From: Candidatus Micrarchaeota archaeon
GTDB taxonomy: Archaea; Micrarchaeota; Micrarchaeia; Micrarchaeales; CABMGC01
Reading direction: 5' to 3'
Length of the DNA stretch: 53,805 bases
Assembly: GCA_021828295.1 (NCBI GenBank)
Contig: JAKASF010000004.1
Location: 1-53,805, forward strand
In this document: piece by piece, positions 46,397 to 53,805 of the stretch
Layout of the letters: each line of letters begins with the position of its first letter
How positions within the stretch are numbered: position 1 is the first letter of the stretch
Position numbers and translations under genes: made by a program
The notes under the pieces: generated by a model
The model's input: only the letters and a program-made list of their open reading frames with translations
Databases searched by the model: none
What the model was told of the DNA's origin: nothing

Positions 46397-46563
46397 AAGC
46401 TCCCCAAGCAGATTGAGGCGCAAAAATATAATACCTTTTAGTAGGTTCGTTCCCGGGCCAGAAATCTGCAGTTTTCGAGGTCAAATTTTCGACGACAAAA
46501 CGCCCCGCAAAGCTTTATAATGGTTGAACCGCCATTGATAACATTAGGGTGCCAGTGGATTGG

Positions 46564-48468
46564 ATGCAAGAAGAGCAAGACGAGTATAACGCATCAAAAA
46601 TTCTAGTGCTTGAGGGCCCCCAGGGAATAAGGAAAAGGCCCGCGATGTACATAGGCAGCACCAGCAGCGCCGGCGCCCTGCATCTACTCTTCGAGGTTAT
46701 TGACAACTCCGTGGACGAAGCGCTGGCCGGGTACGCAAAGAACATTAGCATAACCCTGACCCAGGACGAGACAGGCGACATAGGCGAGGTCACCGATGAC
46801 GGCAGGGGCATTCCGGTCGACATAATGCCGAAGTTCGGTAAGAGCGCTGTGGAGGTAATAATGACCACGCTCCACAAAGGGGCGAAGTTCAACAACGACA
46901 CCTACAAGATATCCGGAGGTCTGCACGGGGTCGGGCTCACAGTGGTCAACGCCCTCTCTGAATTCACCAGCGTCTCGGTTGCAAAAGACGGCAAGCTCTA
47001 CAGGCAGACGTTCTCCAAGGGGGTGCCTAGCAGCACGCTCACAACCCTGGGTATGACGCAGGAGAACGGCACGACAGTCAAGTTTAAGCCCGATCCTGAG
47101 ATATTTCCCACACCCAAATTTGACTCTGCGCAATTGAAAGACAGGCTCAGGTACCTAAGCTTCCTGAATCCGAGGCTCAGGATAAAGCTTACGGACAACA
47201 GGTTCAACGCGCACGAGGAAGAAACTTTCTTCTCAGAGAAGGGAATGGAGGACTTCCTTAGATACATAAACAAGGACCAGCAGGGGATCACCAGCATAAT
47301 GCACGACAGGCGCCAGGAAGCGGGCATGGTTATAGAGTTCGCTATACAGTACATCAGCTCCTACGACGAGAGGCTGGAGGCATTCGTGAACAACATAAGG
47401 ACGGCAGAGGGCGGCACGCACGTAGTGGGCTTCCACTCCGGGCTATCGCGCGCCATCATCAACTATCTGACCAGAAACAACAAGAACGGGGTAAAGGTCA
47501 GCGGCGACGATACAAGGGAGGGGCTTGCAGCGATAATCAGCGTTCTTATGCCGAACCCTGAGTTCGAGGGCCAGACAAAGGAGAAACTTGGCAACTCCAT
47601 CGTGAAGAACATAGTCGAGACAAGCGTCTACTCCTATCTCTCCAGATACTTCGAGGAGCACCCAGCTGAAGCCAAGGCGGTGATGGAGAAGGCGATAGGC
47701 GCCATGAACGCGAGGGAGAGCGCGAGACGCGCACGCGACCTGGCCAGAAAGAAGAACATCTTTGAGAGCGCTGTGCTGCCTGGGAAGCTCGCCGACTGCA
47801 TAGAGGACGATCCAGAAAGGACCGAGCTGTTCATAGTCGAGGGTAAGAGCGCAGGCGGCTCCAGCAAAGAGGGAAGGGACAAGCAGATACAGGCGATACT
47901 GCCGCTGAGGGGCAAGATACTGAATGTCGAAAAGGCCAGCGAAGACAGGATCTTCGAGAGTGCCGAGCTCAACGTGCTCGTCACGGCGCTCGGCACAGGT
48001 ATAAAGGAGAGCTTTAACCCGGAGAAGACAAGATACAAGAAGATAGTGATAATGAGCGATGCCGATGTGGACGGAGAGCACATACGCACCCTGCTCCTCA
48101 CCTTCTTCTACCGATACATGAAGAAGCTCATAGAGAGCGGTTACGTATACATCGCCCAGCCTCCACTATACAAGGTCACGGCGGGCAGGTCGGTGAGCTA
48201 CTGCTACACCGATGAGGAGCTCGAGGCGAAGAGGGCCGAGCTCGACGGCAAGATGGAGGTGCAGAGGTACAAGGGCCTCGGCGAGATGAACGCGGAGCAA
48301 CTATGGGACACGACCATGAACCCAACGAACAGGATGCTCAAGAGGGTCGGTATATCAGACGCGGAGAGGGCAAACAGCCTCTTCTCGATTCTCATGGGAG
48401 TGGATGTGCACCAGAGGAGGAAGTTCCTCGAAGAGCATTCCGGGGACGTCAGGTTCCTAGACATATAG
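46564..48468 (+). CDS. gyrB: DNA gyrase subunit B
   Basis: RKRPAMYIG, EVIDNSVDE, DDGRGIP, SGGLHGVG, PLRGKILN, DADVDG.HI, RYKGLGEMN. Confidence 0.96.
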   Translation: MQEEQDEYNASKILVLEGPQGIRKRPAMYIGSTSSAGALHLLFEVIDNSVDEALAGYAKNISITLTQDETGDIGEVTDDGRGIPVDIMPKFGKSAVEVIMTTLHKGAKFNNDTYKISGGLHGVGLTVVNALSEFTSVSVAKDGKLYRQTFSKGVPSSTLTTLGMTQENGTTVKFKPDPEIFPTPKFDSAQLKDRLRYLSFLNPRLRIKLTDNRFNAHEEETFFSEKGMEDFLRYINKDQQGITSIMHDRRQEAGMVIEFAIQYISSYDERLEAFVNNIRTAEGGTHVVGFHSGLSRAIINYLTRNNKNGVKVSGDDTREGLAAIISVLMPNPEFEGQTKEKLGNSIVKNIVETSVYSYLSRYFEEHPAEAKAVMEKAIGAMNARESARRARDLARKKNIFESAVLPGKLADCIEDDPERTELFIVEGKSAGGSSKEGRDKQIQAILPLRGKILNVEKASEDRIFESAELNVLVTALGTGIKESFNPEKTRYKKIVIMSDADVDGEHIRTLLLTFFYRYMKKLIESGYVYIAQPPLYKVTAGRSVSYCYTDEELEAKRAELDGKMEVQRYKGLGEMNAEQLWDTTMNPTNRMLKRVGISDAERANSLFSILMGVDVHQRRKFLEEHSGDVRFLDI

Positions 48469-48475
48469 TGATCTT

Positions 48476-51400
48476 TTGGCCAATACGAAGAACGTTGTGC
48501 TTGAGGAGGAGCTGCAGACCAGCTTCCTAGACTACGCAATGAGCGTAATCATAGACAGGGCCATACCAGACGCCCGCGACGGCCTCAAGCCGGTGCAGAG
48601 GAGGATCCTCTACGCGATGCACAAGATAGGCAACACGCACGACAGGCCAACGAAGAAGAGCGCCACTGTCGTAGGCGAGGTCATCGGCCACTATCACCCC
48701 CACGGCGACATACCAATATATGACGCGCTCGTGCGTATGGCGCAGACATTCGCAATGAACCACACGCTGGTGGAAGGCCAGGGGAATTTTGGCTGCTTCA
48801 CTAAAGAGACTAAAATAAAGCTCACTGACGGCCGAGACGTGGATTTTGAGCATCTGATAAAGGAACAGGCTGAAGGGAAGAGGCATTGGACCTTCGCATT
48901 CAACAGCGCAACAAACTTGGTAGAGGTAGCAGAAATCAGAAACCCGCGGCTAACTCGCAAAAACGCTGAGCTGGTCCAAGTAACATTAGATAACGGAGCA
49001 ACGCTCAGATGCACTCCGGATCACAAGTTCCTATTGCGTAATGGGGCCTATTCCCAAGCAAAAGACCTCAAAGCCGAGGACTCTTTGATGCCCGTATACA
49101 CCAAACCTTTCGATGGGACTACGGATAAAAATCTTAAGGATTACGAAACTGTTCTTCAGCCTGTCACCAACGAGTGGCAGTTTATCCACCATCTGTCGGA
49201 TTCTTGGAACCTGAAAGAAGGTGCATATTTACGCACAGATGGGAGAGTCCGCCATCACATAGATATCAACAAGAAAAACAACGATCCGGACAACATAAAA
49301 AGAATGAGCTGGAAAGAGCATTGGAAATTGCATTACGAGCTCGCCTCATGGCGTCACAAAAATGACCCGGAGTACGTCAAAAAACTGGCAAAGGGCAGAA
49401 TGAAATACATTCAGGAAAACCGCAATCACCTTTCTAGGCGCATGGCCGAAAGGAATAAGGAAAACTGGCAGATCCCTAGCTATAGGAAGATGCACATCGA
49501 TTCAATCAAAAAGAGATGGGAAAACCAGGCCTACAGGGAGGAACGGGTGGCGATTTCTAGCCGCACCCTGAAAAAAACATGGAAAAGTGAACAGTTCAGG
49601 GCCCTCATGAGCGAATCCAAATCCAAACAAATGAAGAAGTTGTGGAAGTCTGATTCGTATAGATCCAAAATGCGGGAAGTCACAAGAAACATGTCCCTGA
49701 AACTTTGGAGCGACCCGAAACATCGAGAAAGGATGTCAGAGCGAATGAAAGAAATTGCAAAAGATCCAGAACTGCTAAAGATGCGCGGTCAAAAAGCCAA
49801 AGCACTTTGGGCAGACCCTGAATACAGAGCTAAGTTCCCTAGCGATTATTTCAGAAGCATAGGAAAGATGTCGCGGATTTCTGAAAAGAACCGACTAATG
49901 CATAGTCAAAAAGCGAAGCGGCAATGGACAGATCCGTCATTCAGATCAAGAATGACAGAGAGAGTAAGGGCATCCGACAAAAAGCGTTTGCTGGATGATC
50001 CTGAGGCTATGAAGAAACTGGCGCAATCCGCCAAGCAGTCTCTGTATGTGAAATGGCAAGATCCTTCATACAAGAAGCGTGTCATCAGGAGCAAAATTCT
50101 CAGGTACGTTTCAGAACTCCTCAAGGAATCTGAGGAGGTCAGTCCCGAAGCTTACGAATCCGGAAGGAAAAATAACTGGGTGCCCAGGCTCGATAACGTA
50201 TTGAAATACTTCTCCAGCTTCGATGAGATGGTGCAAGCAGCGAAAACATACAACCACAAGGTAGCCAGTATCATTTTTCTTGAAGAGCGCGAAGACACAT
50301 ATGATCTGACGATTGACAACCTGCATAATTTTGCGTTATCTGCGGGTGTTTTCGTACATAACTCTATCGACGGCGACCCCCCGGCAGCAATGCGCTACAC
50401 GGAGGTAAGGCTTGCGAAGATATCCGATGAGATACTTGCAGATCTTGACAAAGAGACCGTAAATTTCCTTCCGAACTTCGACAACACGGAGAAGGAGCCC
50501 GAGATACTGCCAACGAGGCTCCCGAACCTGCTGATAAACGGCGCCGCCGGAATAGCCGTGGGCGTCGCAACCAGCATACCCCCACACAACCTCTCAGAGG
50601 TATGCGACGCGCTGCTGCACATGCTCGACCACAAGGACGCCACTCCAGAGGAGATAATGGAGCTGGTCAAAGGGCCGGACTTTCCTACGGGGGGCATAGC
50701 GATAGTGAGCCAAAACTCGCTGAACGGTTACAAGTACGGTCGCGGCCAGCTGACCGTGCGCGGCAAGGTAGGCATCGACGAGAAGGAGGGCAGGATAACG
50801 ATCACGGAAATACCCTACAATGTCAACAAAGCCGCTTTTGTTGAGAACATTGCCAACCTGGCCAGGGACAGGAGGATAGTTGGGATAAGGGACATAAGGG
50901 ACGAGAGCGACAGGAACGGCATAAGCATAGTGATAGACCTAACTAGAGACGCGAACGCCGAGCAGATACTCAACCAGCTCTACAGGCACACGCAGCTTGA
51001 AACCACGTTCCCGCTCATTAGCCTCGCAGTCACGGGCAAGGTCCTGAAGAGCTTCAGCATAACCCAGCTCCTCAACACATTCCTGAACTACAGGCGCGAG
51101 ATAGTGACGAAGAGGAGCCAGTATGAGCTCAAGGTAGCGAAGGACAGGCTCCACATAGTCCAGGGGCTCCAGGTAGCAGTGGCGCAGATAGACAGCGTGG
51201 TAAAGACGATAAAGGACTGCAAGGAGGTCAGCGAGGCAAGGCAGATGCTTATGGCCCACTACTCGCTGTCAGAGAAGCAGGCCAACGCCATCCTGGACAT
51301 GAAGCTGAGCAGGCTCACCCTGCTCGAGAGCAAGACGCTCGACAAGGAGGCAGAGGAGCTAAACGTCAGGATACTGCACTACACCGAGGTTTTGGCCGAC

Positions 51401-52477
51401 CCGGCGAAGGTCGACGGCATAATCAAGAAGGAGACAGTAGAGCTGAAGGCGAAGTACGGCAGGCCTAGGAAGACGGAGATAATCCACATGGACCAGGAAC
51501 TGGAGATCCAGGACGAGGATCTTCTGAGCGACGAGCGCGTCAGCGTTATACTCACCAACTCGGGCTACGTGAAGAAGATGAGCGTGACGAGCTACAAGGA
51601 CCAGGAGAGGGGAGGCAAGGGCATAATAGCGATGAACCTGAAGGAGGGCGACTTCGTAAAGCACATGATAGCCCCTAGGAACAAGGACTATGTCCTGTTT
51701 CTTTCGAACCTGGGCAGGCTCTACTGGCTCAAGGCCTACAACATACCCGAAGGGAGCAGATACTCAGAGGGCAGGTCCATAGCCAACCTGCTCAATCTCC
51801 AGAACGAGAGCATAGTCACAATGTTCCGCATCAAGAACTTCGAGACGTCCAGCGTCGTCTTCCTGACGGCAAGGGGCCAGGTGAAGAGGACGAGCGCAAA
51901 TCTGTTCTCAAGGCCGCGCGCGAGCGGAGTGCGCGCAATCTCGCTCAACAACGGCGACGAGATAGCGGATGCGATAGTCGTCAGGGACCAGAAGTACATA
52001 GTCGTCGCGACAAAAAATGGAAAGTCGATAAGGTTCGGCGTAGAGGACGTGCGCCAGATGGGCAGAACCGCGGCGGGGGTCAGGGGAATACGGCTGCACG
52101 AGGGTGATGTCGCAAAGAACCTCATAGCAGCGGGCGAGGAGGGAAGCCTGCTCACAGTGTCGGAGAAGGGTTACGGGAAGATAACCAGCATAGAAGAGTA
52201 CAGGATGCAGGGCAGAGGAGGCGGCGGCGTACTGAACCTGAAGGTGAACGAGAAGACTGGACCTGTGGCGAAAGCCCTCTTCCTCAACAAGGAGCAGAAG
52301 CTGCTTCTCATCAATTCAAAGGGCGTGAGCATAATGATACCCATCTCGTCAATCAGGATCACAGGGAGGGCTGCCAGTGGGGTAAGGCTGATGAAGGTCG
52401 AACCCGGGGCAAAGGTCATAGACGCCAGGCTAATGGACGACGCCGTACCTGAAGTCGATTCAAATGTCGGTAACTAA
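48476..52477 (+). CDS. gyrA: DNA gyrase subunit A, intein-containing
   Basis: RDGLKPVQRR, YHPHGD, AAMRYTE, GyrA-box QERGGKG, C-terminal pinwheel repeats. Confidence 0.96.
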   Translation: MANTKNVVLEEELQTSFLDYAMSVIIDRAIPDARDGLKPVQRRILYAMHKIGNTHDRPTKKSATVVGEVIGHYHPHGDIPIYDALVRMAQTFAMNHTLVEGQGNFGCFTKETKIKLTDGRDVDFEHLIKEQAEGKRHWTFAFNSATNLVEVAEIRNPRLTRKNAELVQVTLDNGATLRCTPDHKFLLRNGAYSQAKDLKAEDSLMPVYTKPFDGTTDKNLKDYETVLQPVTNEWQFIHHLSDSWNLKEGAYLRTDGRVRHHIDINKKNNDPDNIKRMSWKEHWKLHYELASWRHKNDPEYVKKLAKGRMKYIQENRNHLSRRMAERNKENWQIPSYRKMHIDSIKKRWENQAYREERVAISSRTLKKTWKSEQFRALMSESKSKQMKKLWKSDSYRSKMREVTRNMSLKLWSDPKHRERMSERMKEIAKDPELLKMRGQKAKALWADPEYRAKFPSDYFRSIGKMSRISEKNRLMHSQKAKRQWTDPSFRSRMTERVRASDKKRLLDDPEAMKKLAQSAKQSLYVKWQDPSYKKRVIRSKILRYVSELLKESEEVSPEAYESGRKNNWVPRLDNVLKYFSSFDEMVQAAKTYNHKVASIIFLEEREDTYDLTIDNLHNFALSAGVFVHNSIDGDPPAAMRYTEVRLAKISDEILADLDKETVNFLPNFDNTEKEPEILPTRLPNLLINGAAGIAVGVATSIPPHNLSEVCDALLHMLDHKDATPEEIMELVKGPDFPTGGIAIVSQNSLNGYKYGRGQLTVRGKVGIDEKEGRITITEIPYNVNKAAFVENIANLARDRRIVGIRDIRDESDRNGISIVIDLTRDANAEQILNQLYRHTQLETTFPLISLAVTGKVLKSFSITQLLNTFLNYRREIVTKRSQYELKVAKDRLHIVQGLQVAVAQIDSVVKTIKDCKEVSEARQMLMAHYSLSEKQANAILDMKLSRLTLLESKTLDKEAEELNVRILHYTEVLADPAKVDGIIKKETVELKAKYGRPRKTEIIHMDQELEIQDEDLLSDERVSVILTNSGYVKKMSVTSYKDQERGGKGIIAMNLKEGDFVKHMIAPRNKDYVLFLSNLGRLYWLKAYNIPEGSRYSEGRSIANLLNLQNESIVTMFRIKNFETSSVVFLTARGQVKRTSANLFSRPRASGVRAISLNNGDEIADAIVVRDQKYIVVATKNGKSIRFGVEDVRQMGRTAAGVRGIRLHEGDVAKNLIAAGEEGSLLTVSEKGYGKITSIEEYRMQGRGGGGVLNLKVNEKTGPVAKALFLNKEQKLLLINSKGVSIMIPISSIRITGRAASGVRLMKVEPGAKVIDARLMDDAVPEVDSNVGN
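48794..50362 (+). mobile_element. Intein (523 aa) with HNH endonuclease and repeat array
   Basis: GNFG|CFTKET...CTPDH...YDLT...GVFVHN|SIDGD; HHID.NK.NN.PDN HNH motif; more AT-rich codons than flanks. Confidence 0.93.
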
Positions 52478-53042
52478 GGCTATCATAATACACGGCACCG
52501 GAGGCTCGCCTCAGGGCAACTGGTTTCCCTGGCTAAAGGAAGAGCTAGAGAAACTACATCTCAGTGTCATAGCTCCCCAGTTTCCAATAGGCGATAGGCA
52601 AAGCCTGTCTAGTTGGATGTCAGAATTCAGCAAATGGTTGACCGCGGTCGATAGCGAGACAATGCTTATCGGCCATAGCATCGGTCCAGCGTTCATACTA
52701 AATCTACTGGAGAGGGATAGCACCAGCACCATAGCCGCCGCGTTTCTTGTCGCCCCATTTGTCGGCAAGCTCGGAGGGAAGTTTGATTCGTTTAACAGAA
52801 CATTTGCAGAACGCGACTTCGACTGGATCAAGATAAAACAACACTGCAAAAACTTCTTCATATACAGCTCAGACAACGATCCATATGTGCCACTTGAGAG
52901 AGGAGAGTTTCTGAGCGCCAAGCTTAACGCAAAATTCAAAATAGTGCGAGGGGCCGGCCACATCAATGCCGAATCGGGCTTCACCAAATTCCCATTGCTT
53001 CTTGATGACATAAAGCAGTTCATTTCTGACCCAGAAAGATAA
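52464..53042 (+). CDS. RBBP9/YdeN-family alpha/beta hydrolase
   Basis: IIHG..G...NWFPWL, GHSIG, SDNDPYV, GAGHIN. Confidence 0.9.
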   Translation: MSVTKAIIIHGTGGSPQGNWFPWLKEELEKLHLSVIAPQFPIGDRQSLSSWMSEFSKWLTAVDSETMLIGHSIGPAFILNLLERDSTSTIAAAFLVAPFVGKLGGKFDSFNRTFAERDFDWIKIKQHCKNFFIYSSDNDPYVPLERGEFLSAKLNAKFKIVRGAGHINAESGFTKFPLLLDDIKQFISDPER

Positions 53043-53085
53043 TATCAACTTATATTAAGCCCGAAAATCAAATACCAATGACAGT

Positions 53086-53799
53086 ATGCCGATTGGGATA
53101 TTTGCAACAAAACATCCTGTAGCGCCACAGAAATGGAGAGAGTCAGCCGAGGTTGTAACCGACGCACTCGTAAAGTACGGCAGCGCACAGAAAAGCGACA
53201 TAAGGATGTGCCCTGCATTCGAGCAACTGAAAAGACCAGGGGAAGTTGCAATAGAGCTGGGGTGGTTTACTGGCAGGACCGAAACTCAGAAAACAGCAGT
53301 AAAGGAAACCGCAATGCGCGGTCTCTCAGAAACTTTGGGGTGCGCTAGTTCTGAAATAAGATTTGAAATAATAGACGGAGACGAAGGCGGCTGGATTATA
53401 AGAAAAGAACTCCCAGAAGGTCAGTTGGCAGCTTCTGCACCAGTAGAAGTGCCGCTCGTATTAGTCGTTACCAAACAAATCCCAGAAACGATCAAGCAGA
53501 GGAGTGTGGCCGAAACCATAGTACAAACGCTGGCGGCAGTTCCCGGAATCAAAAAGGAGGACGTGGAGGTATGCCCAGGCTACGGTCAGTTGAGAGCAGG
53601 CTCGGACTCAAAGGTAAGAATCGATATAGCGATGTTTACAGGCAGGGACTCAGACAAGAAAGTTTTTATCAAGAAGAGGATAGTGGATGACGTCTCTTCC
53701 ATTCTCAGCGTAAGGGCAGCCGATATGGAAGCAAACGTGTTTGAAGGAGATTCGCAAAGCTGGGCTGTGAAAGGCGAGATTCTTTCAAAAAGAGAGTAG
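53086..53799 (+). CDS. Tandem-duplicated tautomerase-superfamily protein
   Basis: Met-Pro start; two repeats each with (M/V)P...CP..EQ/GQL...FTGR...K...LG/LS...G....W. Confidence 0.6.
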   Translation: MPIGIFATKHPVAPQKWRESAEVVTDALVKYGSAQKSDIRMCPAFEQLKRPGEVAIELGWFTGRTETQKTAVKETAMRGLSETLGCASSEIRFEIIDGDEGGWIIRKELPEGQLAASAPVEVPLVLVVTKQIPETIKQRSVAETIVQTLAAVPGIKKEDVEVCPGYGQLRAGSDSKVRIDIAMFTGRDSDKKVFIKKRIVDDVSSILSVRAADMEANVFEGDSQSWAVKGEILSKRE

Positions 53800-53805
53800 T
53801 CATTT

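Noticed and set aside
1-53805. CRISPR arrays, rRNA genes, IS elements
   Set aside because: No repeat-spacer periodicity, rRNA-like segment or transposase found by eye.

Overview
Archaeal chromosomal segment, most consistent with Micrarchaeota (DPANN, ARMAN-like). This is inferred from a ~380-aa three-unit-sized tRNA splicing endonuclease, intron-containing CCA-less tRNAs, archaeal ribosomal/TFE/aIF2/RadA genes and a bacterial-type gyrase. Contents: a PriX-like primase fragment; an 11-subunit complex I-like locus without NuoEFG (nuoABCDHIJKLN, with nuoM displaced to the opposite strand); a polytopic-membrane double-AAA ATPase; the L3-L29/SUI1 ribosomal cluster; pcc1, rpl15e, priS, pth2, ilvE, a prepilin peptidase, two divergent tmk paralogs, a PRC-barrel protein, endA, dph5, radA, thyX, PAC2/aIF2alpha/L44e/GINS, tfe, an ArcE-like arginine synthetase/cDPGS-family protein, and gyrBA with a 523-aa HNH intein. 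Six tRNAs were found (Tyr and iMet with introns). Most notable oddities: an unannotated 48-aa Cys-rich ORF inside the nuo operon; a sequon-rich Ser/Thr tail on NuoN; a ~910-aa protein with a degenerate phosphoesterase split by a coiled coil plus an intact-looking phosphoesterase; a tRNA-linked phage-type dNTP diphosphohydrolase/methyltransferase pair beside a P-loop-degenerate Tmk; an intein with tandem ~19-aa repeats; C55 in two tRNAs; and two candidate structured RNAs. All calls are from motif recognition; no searches were run.
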